A stretch of 64,000 bases of DNA, taken from assembly GCF_009914755.1 (NCBI RefSeq), contig NC_060926.1; one strand, 5' to 3'. The stretch's first letter is position 1, and each line of letters opens with the position of its first letter. Of the stretch, positions 44,590-57,664 are shown one piece after another. A program made the position numbers and the translations under genes. The DNA comes from the human T2T-CHM13v2.0 reference genome, Homo sapiens. Under the pieces are notes generated by a model. That model was not told the origin of the DNA. It did no database searches and worked only from the letters and a program-made list of their open reading frames with translations.

Positions 44590-45520
44590 TGATAGGGACA
44601 GGAGGCAGAGAAATTGTAGGCAGAGAAGGATGGGTTCCCTGGCGAAACCACACCCTCAGACTGAAAAGCCTGAAACCACGGCCCAAATTCAGAACTTCTG
44701 TCCCTGTTTTCCTGCTTGAATGTTGCCTTTTCCTAAACTACCCATGGCCCACCCCATCCCACCCCACCACCCTAGGCCTATAAAGACCCCAGACTCAGTC
44801 AGCAGAGAGGAGAAGCAGCTGGATGATGGAGACTATGGCTGGACATCAGAGAGAAGCTGCTTGACTTCAGAGGGACAGCTTGATGATATAACTTTGGACA
44901 AAAATTCGCCTGGAGACCACTGGACTTCAGGGGAAGATTACCTTCCTGCCCCATCTCCTTTTCAGCTCCCCTTCCCACTGAGAGCCACTTTCATCAGCAA
45001 TACAATCTCCCACATTTATTATTCTTCAATTAGTTCGTAGGACCTCACTTCTCCTGGATGCTGGACAACAGCTTGGTACCCACCAGTGCAGATACAAAAG
45101 GTCCCATGTGAGCTGTTAACACATAAGCCATTCATGGATGGCAGAGCTAAAAGAATGCTGTAACATGCCCTCTGGGGCTTCAAGGGCTGTGGGCATCCCC
45201 TGCCCACTGCCAGAAACCACAGTGAGGTCTGCACAGAGTATGCTCCTGCTAACACCCAAAAGCACTTGCCCCAGCTCCTGCACCCATTCAGCTGCCTGCT
45301 CCACCCCATAAGGGGTGGAGCACAGAGGGTCTGAGTGAGTGGAGTTCACTCCTGCCAGTGCTAAAGCAGCTGGCTGGTTCCAGTGTTCGTGCACTCCAGT
45401 TCTTGCCTCATTCTCTCACACATTCCCTCCCACGCATGAGGAGTTGAAAGCTGTGGGCTGGGTAAATGAGGCACCCTTGTCATGAGTCATGCCAAGGAGT
45501 CAGAGAAATATCCTGCTTCA
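44590..45520 (+). mobile_element. ERV1 solo LTR (LTR1 family)
   Basis: Starts tgatagggacaggaggcagagaaatt; TATA-like cctataaag; ends atcctgcttca. Confidence 0.8.
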
Positions 45521-46029
45521 AAGTAAATAAAAATCACAAGATCATAGGATTTTATAGTCATTGTTTGTGTAATAGTTTAATATTTTCCTCAAGGTCATTA
45601 AATAAATATCCCATAAACATAATTAAAATTGTAAAACAAAATTTCTTCATGTGAATAATATCAGTATTTGGTTTACTGCAAAAGATGTATTACCAGTTAA
45701 ATAGAACTTTTGGATAGTGGAGCACACACACAAATAATAAGATTTGTATGAGAATGTTTATACTTTTAAACACTATGCAGATGCTAGTCTGTAAAATATA
45801 TGTAAACTATATCAAAGAAAAATATGATTCATGCCCTTATACCTAAATATGAGCATCATTAATAGCTTGGCAATTTACTTATTTTTTGTTTTCTCCATTT
45901 ACATGAGTTGTGTGTTTTTAAAAATTTTTCATTTGAATTAAAGTTAGATCACAAACTATTGCTATATGACCAATATTCATATCATTTTGGAGGCAGGCAA
46001 TAAGCATTTATTTTGTTCATGCCTGCACA

Positions 46030-48060
46030 TTTAATTTGTTTACAGTGCTTCTGCTTTAAGTTACCATGGCTGAGGAATCCTGCCCCATGATGTTTATTCC
46101 CAGGGCCATAGTTGAGGCAGCATTGTCGTTTCTAGGACATCTCACGGTAATGGCAGCTGCACAAAAGAACAAATCTCAACATTAAGGTATAATTCAAGCC
46201 TTAGCTATTTTCTTGTCTGCTAACATTTCATTGGCTAATCAAGTCATATGAATTAGCCCCAAATCAAAAGACAGGAAGCATATAACTCCCATGAAGTTGG
46301 GGAGATGGGGAAGAATAAATACTTTTCAACAATAATCTAGTCTTAACACGTTTCATAAATATTCACATTCCTTCAATGCAAAAAACATGCTACCTCCATC
46401 CTAAGATTCCCCAAAGTCTCAGCCAGTGATGTCATCTGACTCAAATTCTAGAATCTTATGGTTTATAGGAATTCCAAATGTGGCCCTTTTTGGTTCTGGA
46501 GTACTTTGAACCCCAAATCTAGTTATTTGTCCTTATTTGTTTTCCCACATACTCAACATAAAATGGTGAAACATGGATAGAATTAGGGAAAAAAAATCAG
46601 AAAATCAGAAAAAGAGAAAAGCAGGAGCTATAAGGAAGAGAATGGTCCATACCAATTCTGAAATCTCATTAACCATGTATTATTAGGTCTTTCTACCCTG
46701 GTTCTGCTCTGTGGGAGTAACCCAGTAGTAGATTATTCTCCGTGACTCTTGGCTTTGCTCTCTGAAAGCTTTTTCATTTTTCATATTCATCCTTGGCTGC
46801 TCCTGAAGAGGGCATTATAAAATTTACTTTTTAGTGTGATGTTGAGCAGCTTTCCAAGCCCACTTGCCCATTGAAAGTTGCCCATATAAAGTTGTAGGCC
46901 AAGATGTCTTGTCTTCTCTTAAATACATGTCGGTCTAATTCAGTACAGGCTGACCAAACTTTTTCTGATGAAGCTTTCTTAGTGCTATGCGGTTCTTCAG
47001 TCTGTTTGGTTTCATCAAGTCAATGTGCCATAAGCTATGTTTCCAATTGCTATTTAGGCATGCCTCATGCCTTTCTCTTTTATTGGTATTTTTTAGTAGG
47101 AGTCCTTTTGTATGGCTAAAAGGGTGTACCAGAAACCAACTGTTTTACTTTTAGATCTTCATAAAAAGTGTCATATTCACATTTTAAAAAATTGTTCTTA
47201 ACTCTTCAGACTGTATTTACTGGATAGCGTCATGGAAATGGTCTCTGTCCTCCAGCTTTGTCCCCTTGCCTTTGGTTTGAAAATCCATTTTTGGAGATGA
47301 GAAACTACTTTGTTTCCAATTTCAAAAATCCTAGAATATCTGGACTTACTATATTCACACTTAATTTGGCTTGTCCTTTGGGAAGTACATTATCAAAATA
47401 CAGATAACAAGATCCAGTACACACTTTTAATATCCTTTCTGTAAACCATCTTGTCCAAGTCTACAAGTTCAAAAGGCACATTTTGTGCCTCACAAGGTAC
47501 AGCAGTGTTTAGTCTGTCAAATGCTTTACCAATATATTACAATTCAGGTCACAATTTTTTGTAACAGCTCTCTTGTCATTTTCTCCTGCTTCCTATAGGA
47601 ATGCCCTCTTTACTCATTGGTCAATCACAAACCAATGCTACATATTTTATTTTTGTTACAGCTGTGCCACTCATCTTCCTTCCAATTTGATAACAAATAT
47701 CTTTAAAATCTTAGTGACACAAAATATGTGTTTGTTTTATACCAAAAACTGTAGGTCTGCTTCCAGTTGTGATGTTGAGTTGGCAACGCTTCACACTGCA
47801 GGATGCATTTCCATCTGGGGTGTACATGAGGTATTAGCAACTATCTATGGGATCATCTCCTTATGGATATTGCAGAAATATAAGAGACTAAGTTTACTGT
47901 ATAAACATATTTCAAGATCTTGCTTAGTACATAGCTTCTAATATCCACTTGGTCCAGGCAAGTCACACTGTTAAACCCAAAGTCGAAAAATGGGGAAATA
48001 CATACATACTGGAGATAAGGGAGGAAGAAGGACATCTGTGAACAATTATCTAATCTACTT
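46030..48060 (-). mobile_element. Ancient MLT1 provirus remnant (two LTR remnants and an internal region)
   Basis: Similar LTR blocks at about 46200-46345 and 47930-48060 (ctaa..cattgg..caagtcac..cccaaa..acaat..tctaatct) flanking about 1.3 kb. Confidence 0.5.
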
Positions 48061-49559
48061 CATATATTTCATTTTTTTATTTCTAATTATCCTAATTTTA
48101 GAAATTGGTAAAAATGTAATTTATATTAAAGGTTTACTATTTATAAATTAATATCAAAGGTAATGAATTCACCATATCCATTTGCTGTGCTACTGATTCA
48201 GAGCCTCTGACTATAGCTGGTTGACTCAAGTCCTGAGATGGCAGAAGTGTCACCATTTTTTTGTATTAAGTTAAAATTATTCATTCTGAAGAATGCATTA
48301 CAATGAAAATGGATTTCAGGGGAGAAAAGCAACTCACAAAACTCTTCATGGAGAGAGAAATCTATGTTAGTAAATTTGTAAAGTTATCAATGTTGCAACT
48401 GGTACAATCAATCTGAAAATGAATTCTGTGTTTGTATTCTAAATGAGATTGGAGTGTAAGTTTGCCTCCACTCTCCTTTTGAAAACTAATTCAAATCAGT
48501 CTGATTTAGCATTCATCTCTTCACTGGACAATCCCATTAATATAATCATATGCAGAAATTAAAACTTGGCTCTTAAAATTACAAGCTTTGTAAATCCAGA
48601 GAAATTGCAATTAGCCCTTTGAAAAAGTCATCACTTATCTATGAACTAGTTATATATCATCCGTCAGTAAAAAGGAGACATACAATTAGAGATGTATTGT
48701 ATATAAATTGTTAGTTCAAATAATATTTTAAACAGATTTTAATTAGAAAATCAAACAACATAGAAGTGTTTAGGGATAACCACAACAAGAATTTTAGCCA
48801 AATTTCATGGAACTTGTAAATAGATGAAAATGTGACCTGCCATAGTTCGCAAGTGAAAGCTGATACTTAAGCCTATAGGAAGGAAAGTCAAAGTGAAGCA
48901 AATGGACTCAGTGCAGAAACTCCCAGAGGCTCATGACTTGGATCAAAATCACCAAAGTTGGGGGTTTAGGTTGAGGCCGAAAACAAAGTTTGTTTCAAAA
49001 TTTGATTGAAGAGTATTTAGCCCCTGGATCCTTTTGAATGTAAGCTGTATTAGGTTAGAGATATTGTCTGTTATCTTTACTGTTTTATCTCAATTACCTA
49101 TAACAGTGTTTGGCATATAATCAGAATTAAGTAAATATGTGTTAAGTGACTGAATCTCTTTTCAAACCTAACATAGCAGAAGATTGCTGATCCCTTAATA
49201 GAAGCTAGGAAGTTTATTTTTTGAAAACGTTTGCATAACTGAGAAAACTTGTGAGGTGTGTAAACACAGATTCAGAATGTTAAAGTGTACATATTCATCA
49301 ATGAGACTACCTCTGTGCCCCAGTAGGTCCCATAAAGCTGACATGGAGATTCTTCCCTGCCCCTCCTACGATGCAGGAGATTATAGTATCCCTCTGTGGG
49401 GATATTAAGTCAGTTGTTCAGTGAAAATTCTAGTTCACTGTCTTATCAATTTGCTTTGAAGCCTAACCTTCAACATACTCCATCCAAGAACTGAGAGATT
49501 TCAATTAGCTCCTTCTTAAATGTAAATACAAATTTAAAAAATAAGACCACAAGATATTT

Positions 49560-50260
49560 AAGAAAAACTTCAATCAAATATATTGACTAAAACAATGAAA
49601 AAAGTTATCACAGATAAAATATAAACAATTCAGAGATCAGAAGAAAAATCTCAAAACAACTATAACTATAATCAATATCCCCTAGGAGATAGGAGAAGGC
49701 AATGCATTCATGTATTTCTAGTACTATAAAAAACACCCAAGTGTAATAATTCTCTTGGAAATCTAAAATATGACAGTATAAATAAAAAGTCCTTTGCAAG
49801 GTTAGATGATAAATTTGAGAAAACTCCCAGAAAATAAAAGGTAAAAAATTGGCTCACAGCAGAAAAAAATGAAGAAATAAAAATGGAATCTTGGGGATGA
49901 ATAATATTAGTTTACAAGAGAGAATAGAAGAAAATTATGTAAAAGCTAATAAAACTATTTTTTAAAATGAAAGCATCTAGTGCATACCTTACACAATTAT
50001 TTTAAAAAGACTTATCCACACAAAGATACATTATGAAATTGTAGCCACTAGAAATAAAGATGCCAAAGTCTTCCACAAAGAAAAACAAATAAGCACATCA
50101 AGAGGATTAAGTATCTAAATGACATTAACTTCTTAACAATAACAGCAGGTGTTAGAAGAAAATAAGATATGCCTTTCCAATTCTGAAATACATAATTTCC
50201 AAACTAGTATTCTATACTTGGTTATCACTCAAATATAAGGATAGATGACATTTATAGAAA
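49560..50260 (+). mobile_element. Ancient L1/HAL1 ORF1-like fragment
   Basis: A-rich; ttagaagaaaataagatatgcctttc...aatttccaaactagtattctatac resembles an ORF1 C-terminus. Confidence 0.5.
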
Positions 50261-50370
50261 TGTCATGGTTGCTCCTTATAGTTAAACATCGTTAATGTGG
50301 CTGGGTAATTATTCTATAGTGTTTGGGCATGAACTAGTGATAAGCACATAGAAAATCAAGCCACAGTGAG

Positions 50371-50420
50371 TGTGATGGTTAATTTTAGGTTTCAACTTTA
50401 TTGGGCTATAGATAGGTGTG
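50371..50420 (+). mobile_element. MLT2B-like LTR 5' end; a matching 3' end lies at about 57723-57765
   Basis: tgtgatggttaattttaggtttcaactt; distal piece ttctctggaggaccctgacttattca. Confidence 0.6.
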
Positions 50421-50461
50421 TGTATTATATACATAATCTTATATACATATAAGATTATAAT

Positions 50462-50875
50462 TGTCAGGCCTCTGAGCCTAAGCTAAGCCATCATATCCCC
50501 TGTGACCTGCACATACATATCCAGATGGCCGGTTCTTGCCTTAACTGATGACATTCCACCACAAAAGAAGTGAAAATGGCCTGTTGCTGCCTTAACTGAT
50601 GACATTGTCTTGTGAAATTCCTTCTCCTGGCTCATCCTGGCTCAAAAGCTCCCCCACTGAGCACCTTGTGACCCTCCACGCTGCCTGCCAGAAAACAAGC
50701 CCCCTTTGACTGTAATTTTCCTTTATCTACCTAAATCCTATAAAACAGCCCCACCCTTATCTCCCTTTGCTGACTCTCTTTTTGGACTCAGCCCAGCTGC
50801 ACCCATGTGAAATAAACAGCCATATTGCTCACACAAAGCCTGTTTGGTAGTCTCTTCACATGGACACACATGAAA
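50462..50875 (+). promoter_or_regulatory. LTR7 5' LTR promoter
   Basis: ccttaactgatgacatt repeats, ACAAAAGA at 50561, TATAAAA at about 50739; activity not demonstrable from sequence. Confidence 0.7.
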
Positions 50876-50877
50876 TT

Positions 50878-50895
50878 TGGTGCTGTGACTCGGAT
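50878..50895 (+). other. Primer-binding site, tRNA-His
   Basis: TGGTGCTGTGACTCGGAT, 17/18 complementary to the tRNA-His 3' end. Confidence 0.92.
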
Positions 50896-52171
50896 TGTGG
50901 GACCTCCCTTGGGAGATCAATCCCCTGTCCTCCTGCTCTTTGCTCTGTGAAAAAGATCCACCTACAACCTCAGGTCCTCAGACCCAACAGCCCAAGAAAC
51001 ATCTCACCAATTTTAAATCGGGTAAGCAGCCTCTTCTTCCTCTCTTCTCCAACCTCTCTCACCATCCCTCAACCACTTTCTCCTTTCCACTCTTCAATCT
51101 CTCCCTTCTCTTAATTTCAATTCCTTTCATGTTCTGGTAGAGATAAAGGAGACACGTTTTATCCGTGGACCCAAAACTCCGGTGCCGGTCACTGACTGGG
51201 AAGGCAGCCTTCCCTTGGTGTTTAATCATTGCAGGGATGCCTCTCTGATTATTCACCCACGTTTCAGAGGTGTCAGACCACTCAGGGACGCCTGCCTTAG
51301 TCCTTCACCCTTAGCAGCAAGTCCCGCTTTTCTGCGGGAGAGGCAAGTACCCCAAACCCTTCTCTCCATGTCTCTACCCCTTCTCCGCGTTTCTAGGGGG
51401 CAAGAAACCCCCAACCCCTTCTCCTTCACCCTTAGCGGCAAGTCCCGCTTTTCTGGGGGAGGGGCAAGTACCCCAACCTCGTATCTCTGTGCCCCGATCC
51501 CTTATTTCCATGCCCCCACCTCTTATAGCTCTGCACCCTGATCCCTTATTTCCATGTCCCGACCTCGTATCTCTGCGCCCCGAACCCTTTCCCGCTTTTC
51601 TGGAGGGTAAGAACCCCTGAAACGCTTCCTTCCGTGTGTCTACTCTCCCTTTTCTTTAAACTTGCCTCCTTCACTATAGGCAACCTTCTACCCTCCATTC
51701 CTCCTTCTTCTCCCTTAGCCTGTGTTCTAAAGAACATAAAACCTCTTCAACTCTCGCCTGACCTAAAACCTAAATGTCTTATTTTCTTCTACAATGCCAC
51801 TTGACCCCAGTACAAACTCGACAGTGGTTCTAAATGGCCAGAAAATGGCACTTTCGATTTCTCCATCCTACAAGACCTAAATAATTTTTGTCAAAAAATA
51901 GGCAAATGGTCTCAGGTGCCTGACGTCCAGGCACTCTTTTACACATCAGTCACTCCCTAGTCTCTCTTCCCAATGCAACTAGTCCCAAATCTTCCTTCTT
52001 TCCCTCCTGCCTGTCCCCTCAGTCCCAACCCCAAGCATCACTGACCCTTTCTAATCTTCCTTTTCTACAGACCCATCTGACATCTCCCCTCCTTGCCAGG
52101 CTGAGCTAGGTCCCAATTCTTCCTCAGCCTCTGCTCCTCCACCCTATAATCCTTTTATCACCTCCCCTCCT

Positions 52172-53593
52172 TGAGAGGTGACAGCGTGCTGGCAGTCCTC
52201 AGAGCCCTCGCTTGCTCTCGGCGCGTCCTCTGCCTGGGTTCCCACTTTGGCGACACTTGAGCCCTTCAGCCCACCGCTGCACTGTGGGAGCCCCTTCCTG
52301 GGCTGGCCAAGGCCAGAGCCAGCTCCCTCAGCTTGCAGGGAGGTGTGGAGGGATAGGCACGAGCGGGAACCGGGGCTACACGCAGTGCTTGTGGGCCAGC
52401 TGGAGTTCCAGGTGGGCATGGGCTTGGCGGGCCCCGCACTCGGAGCGGCCAGCTGGCCCTGCTGGCCCCGGGCAGTGAGGGGCTTAGCACCCAGAACAGC
52501 GGCTGCGGAGGGTGTACTGGGTCCCCCAGCAGTGCCAGCCCACCAGCGCTGCACTCGATTTCTCACCGGGCCTTAGCTGCCTTCCCGCGGGGCAGGGCTC
52601 AGGATCTGCAGCCCGCCATGCCTGAGCCTCCCACCCCCTCCGTGGGCTCCTGTGCGGCCTGAGCCTCCTTGACAAGCGCCACCCCCTGCTCCATGGCGCC
52701 CAGTCCCATCGACCATCCAAGGGCTGAGGAGTGCGAGCGCACGGCACGAGACTGGCAGGCAGCTCCACCTGCAGCCCCAGTGCGGGATCCACTAGGTGAA
52801 GCCAGCTGGGCTCCTGAGTCTGGTGGGGACGTGGAAAGACTTTATGTCTAGCTCAGGGATTGTAAATACGCCAATCAGCACTCTGTATCTAGCTCAAGGT
52901 TTGTAAACACACCAATCAGCACCCTGTGTTTAGCTCAAGGTTTGTGAGTGCACCGATCGACACTCTGTATCTAGCTGCTCTGGTGGGGCCTTGGAGAACC
53001 TTTGTGTCGATACTCCGTATCTAACTAATCTGATGGGGACGTGGAGAACCTTTGTATCTAGCTCAGGGATTGTAAATGCACCAATCAGCACCCTGTCAAA
53101 ACAGGCCACTGGGCTCTACCAATCAGCAGGATGTGGGTGGGGCCAGATAAGAGAATAAAAGCAGGCTGCCTGAGCCAGCATTGGCAACCCGCTCGGGTCC
53201 CCTTCCACACTGTGGAAGCTTTGTTCTTTTGCTCTTTGCAATAAATCTTGCTACTGCTCACTCTTTGGGTCCACACTGCTTTAATGAGCTGTAACACTCA
53301 CCGCGAAGATCTGCAGCTTCACTCCTGAGCCCAGCAAGACCACGAGCTCACCGGGAGGAATGAACAACTCCAGACGCGCTGCCTTAAGAGCTACTCACCG
53401 CAAACGTCTGCAGCTTCACTCCTGAGCCAGCGAGACCACAAACCCACCAGAAGGAAGAAACTCCGAACACATCTGAACATCAGAAGGGACAGACTCCAGA
53501 CGCGCCACCTTAAGACGTGTAACACTCACCGCGAGGGTCCACGGCTTCATTCTTGAAGTCAGTGAGACCAAGAACCCACCAATTCCGGACACA
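52172..53593 (+). mobile_element. LTR12C (ERV9) solo LTR inserted in HERV-H gag
   Basis: tgagaggtgacagcgtgctggcag...aattccggacaca; perfect TSD TCCT; CpG-rich U3 and CCAAT tandem repeats. Confidence 0.95.
52850..53185 (+). promoter_or_regulatory. LTR12C core promoter/enhancer (NF-Y CCAAT boxes, GATA, AATAAA TATA-like box)
   Basis: CCAAT at 52871, 52912, 53081, 53119; AGATAA at 53145; AATAAA at 53154. Confidence 0.7.
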
Positions 53594-54109
53594 TCCTCAC
53601 AGCTGGTCCAGTTTACAGTTTTGTTCCGCGACTAGCCCTCCCCCACCTGCCCAGCAATTTCCTCTTAAAAAGGTGGCTGGAGCAAAAGGCACAGTCAAGG
53701 TTAATGCTCCTTTTTCTTTATCCAACCTCTCCCAAATTAGTTAGCATTCAGACTCTTTTTCATCAAATATAAAAAATCCAGCCCAGTTCATGGCTCGTTC
53801 GGCAGCAACCCTGAGACGCTTTACAGCCCTAGACCCTAAAAGGTCAAAAGGCCATCTTATTCTCAATATACATTTTATTACCCAATCTGCTCCTGACATT
53901 AAATAAAACTCCAAAAAATAGATTCTGGCCCTCAAACCCCACAACAGGACTTAATTAACCTCACCTTCAAGGTGTACAATAATACAGGCAGCCAAGTAGC
54001 AACATATTTCTGAGTTGCAATTCTTTGCCTCCACTGTGAGACAAACCCCAGCCACATCTCCAGCACACAAGAACTCCAAACGCCTGAACCGCAGCTGCCA
54101 AGGGTTCCT

Positions 54110-54250
54110 CCAGAACCTCCTCCCCCAGGAGCTTGCTACAAGTGCTGGAAATCTGGCCACTAGGCCAAGGAATGCCCACAGCCCAGGATTCCTCCTAAGC
54201 CATGTCCCATCTGTGTAGGACCCCACTGAAAATTGGACTGTTCAACTCAC
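54110..54250 (+). pseudogene. HERV-H gag nucleocapsid zinc knuckles, disrupted
   Basis: Translates CYKCWKSGH*AKECPQ...CPICVGPH*KLDC. Confidence 0.85.
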
Positions 54251-54776
54251 CTTTCAGCCACTTCCAGAGTCCCTGGAACTCTGGCCCAAAGCTCTCTGAC
54301 TGACTCCTTCCCAGATCTTCTCGGCTTAGCAGCTGAAGACTGACACTGCCCGATCACCTCAGAAGCCTACAGGACCATCAGAGATGCTCTTGGTAACTCT
54401 CACAGTGGAAAGTAAATCCGTCCCCTTCTTAATACGGAGGCTACCCACTCCACATTACCTTATTTTCAAAGGCCTGTTTCTCTTGCCTCCATAACTGTTG
54501 TGGGTATTGACGGCCAGGCTTCTAAACCTCTTAAAACTCCCCAACTCTGGTGCCAACTTAGACAATACTCTCTTAAGCACTCCTTTAATTATCCCCACCT
54601 GCCCAGTTCCCTTATTAGGCCGAGACACTTTAACTAAATTATCTGCTTCCCTGACTATTCCTGGACTACAGCAACACCTCATTGCCGCCTTTTCCCCCAG
54701 TTCAAAGCCTCCTTCACATCCTCCCTTTGTATCCCCCGACCTTAACCCACAAGTATAAGACACCTCTACTCCTTCC

Positions 54777-56570
54777 TTGGTGACCGATCATGCACCCCTT
54801 ACCATCCCATTAAAACCTAATCACTCTTACCCCGCTCAATGCCAATATCCCATCCCACAGCATGCTTTGAAAAGATTAAAGCCTGTTATCACTTGCCTGT
54901 TACAGCATGGCCTTTTAAAGCCTATAAACTCTCCTTACAATTCCCCCATTTTAGCTGTCCTAAAACCAGACAAGCCTTACAGGTTAGTTCAGGATCTGCG
55001 CCTTATCAACCAAATTGTTTTGCCTATCCACCCCGTGGTGCCAAACCCATATACTCTCCTATCCTCAATACCTCCCTCCACAATCCATTATTCTGTTCTG
55101 GATCTCAAACATGCTGTCTTTACTATTCCTTTGCACCCTTCACCCCAGCCTCTCTTTGCTTTCGCTTAGACTGACCCTGACACCCATTAGGCTCAGCAAA
55201 TTACCTGGGCTGTACTGCCGCAAGGCTTCACAGACAGCCCCCATTACTTCAATCAAGCCCAAATTTCATCCTCATCTGTTACCTATCTCGGCATAATTCT
55301 CATAAAAACACACGTGCTCTCCCTACTGATCGTGTCTGATTAATCTCCCGAAACCTCAATCCCTTACAAAATAACTCCTTTCCTTCCTAGGCATGGTTAG
55401 TGTGGTCAGAATTCTTACACAAGAGCCAGTACCGCACCCTGTAGCCTTTCTGTCCAAACAACTTGAGCTTACTGTTTTAGCCTAGCCGTCATGTCTCCGT
55501 GGAGTGGCTGCTGCCACCCTAATACTTTTAAAGGCCCTCAAAATCACAAACTATGCTCAACTCGCTCTCTACATTTCTCATAACTTCCAAAATCTATTTT
55601 CTTCCTCATACCTGACACATATACTTTCTGCTCCCCGGCTCCTTCAGCTGTACTCACTCTTTGTTAAGTCCCACAATTACCACTGTTCCTGGCCCGGACT
55701 TCAATCCGGCCTCCCACATTATTCCTGATACCACACCTGACCTCCATGACTGTATCTCTCTGATCCACCTGACATTCACCCCATTTCCCCATATTTCCTT
55801 CTTTCCTGTTCCTCACCCTGGTCACGCTTGATTTATTGATGGCAGTTCCACCAGGCCTAATCGCCACACACCAGCAAAGGCAGGCTATGTATAGTACAAG
55901 CCACTAGCCTGCCTCTTAAAACCTCTCATTTCCTTTCCATGGTAGAAATCTATCCTCAAGGAAATAACTTCTCAGTGTTCCATCTGCTATTCTACTACTT
56001 ATCAAGGATTATTCAGGCCCCCTCCCTTCCCTACACATCAGGCTTGAGGATTTGCCCCCACCCAGGACTGGCAAATTAGCTTTACTCAACATGCCCCGAG
56101 TCAGATAACTAAAATACCTCTTAGTCCAGGTAGACACTTTCACTAGATAAGTAGAGGCCTTTCCTACAGGGTCTGAGAAGGCCACCGCAGCCATTTCTTC
56201 CCTTCTGTCAGACATAATTCCTCAGTTGAGCCTTTCCACCCCTATACAGTCTGATAACAGATCAGCCTTTATTAGTCAAATCAGCCAAGCATTTTTTCAG
56301 GCTCTTAGTATTCAGTGAAACCTTTATATCCCTTACAGTCCTCAGTCTTCAGGAAAAGTAGAACAGACCAATAGTCTATTAAAAACACACCTCACCAAGC
56401 TCAGCCACCAACTTAAAAAAGACTAGACAATACTTTTACCACTTTCACTTCTCAGAATTCAGGCCTGTCCTCGGAATGCTACAAGGTACAGCCCATTTAA
56501 GCTCCTGTATAGATGCTCCTTTTTATTAGGCCCCAGTCTCATTCCACACACCAGACCAATTTAGACTGTG
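54777..56570 (+). pseudogene. HERV-H pol remnant (RT N-terminus, RNase H and integrase pieces)
   Basis: SPYNSPIL...YRLVQDLRLIN...VLDLKHAVFTIPLHP; the YxDD region is deleted near 55258; PQSSGKVE integrase motif at about 56340. Confidence 0.9.
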
Positions 56571-57661
56571 CCCCAAAAAACTTGTCATCCCTACTATCTT
56601 CTGTCTAGTCATACTCCTATTCATCGTTCTCAACTACTCATACATGCCCTGCTCTTGTTTACACTGCCAGTTTACACTGTTTCTCCAAGTCATCACAGCT
56701 GATATCTCCTGGTGCTATCCCCAAACCACCACTCTCAACTCTTAAAGTAAATAAATAATCTTTACTGGCAAGGCTATGCTGAATCTCCTTGGGCACTCTC
56801 TAATTAGATGTCCTAGGTCCTCCCAATTCTTAGTCCTTTAATGCCTGTTTTTCTCCTTCTCTTATTCTGTTTAGTTTTTCAATTCATACAAAACTGTATC
56901 CAGGCCATCACCAATAATTCTACACGACAAATGTTTCTTCTAACAACCCCACAATATCACCCCTTACCAAAAAATCTTCCTTCGGCTTAATCTCTCCTAC
57001 TTTAAGTTCCCACGCCACCCCTAATCTCACCCGAAGCAGCCCTGAGAAACATCGCCCATTATCTCTCCATACTACCCCCCAAAAATTTTTGCCGTCCCAA
57101 CACTTTACCACTATTTCGTTTTATTTTTCCTATTAATACAAGAAGACAGGAATGTCAGGCCTCTGAGCCCAAGCTAAGCCATCATATCGCCTGTGACCTG
57201 CACATACACATCCTGATGGCCGGTTCCTACCTTAACTGATGACATTCCACCACAAAAGAAATGAAAATGGCCTGTTCCTGCCTTAACTGATGACATTGTC
57301 TTGTGAAATTCCTTCTCCTGGCTCATTCTGGCTCAAAAGCTCCCTTACTGAGCACCTTGTGACCCCCCACTCTGCCCGCCAGAGAAGAAGCCCCCTTTGA
57401 CTGTAATTTTCCTTTATCTACCCAAATCCTATAAAACAGCCCCACCCTTATCTCCCTTCGCTGACTCTCTTTTCGGACTCAGCCCGCCTGCACCCAGGTG
57501 AAATAAACAGCCATGTTGCTCACACAAAGCCTGTTTGGTGGTCTCTTCACAGGGACGCACATGAAAATAATATTATAAGAATAATATAGTATAATATATA
57601 CTATAATACTATAATCATATACTATCATAAGAATACTAAAGAGTAATATATTCTATGTTTT

Positions 57662-57664
<3 letters not shown>

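Larger units (their letters stand above)
50462..57566 (+). mobile_element. HERV-H provirus, common deleted form, with both LTR7s (50462-50875, 57153-57566)
   Basis: Two 414-bp direct LTRs, perfect TSD ATAAT, tRNA-His PBS, gag/pro/pol/env remnants, PPT aagaagacaggaa. Confidence 0.97.

Noticed and set aside
51300-51620. Repeat-spacer-like direct repeats
   Set aside because: These are ordinary HERV-H leader repeats; they are irregular and not a CRISPR-like array.
52144-52851. CpG-island-like region with overlapping ORFs
   Set aside because: Entirely explained by the GC-rich U3 of LTR12C; not a host gene promoter or CDS.
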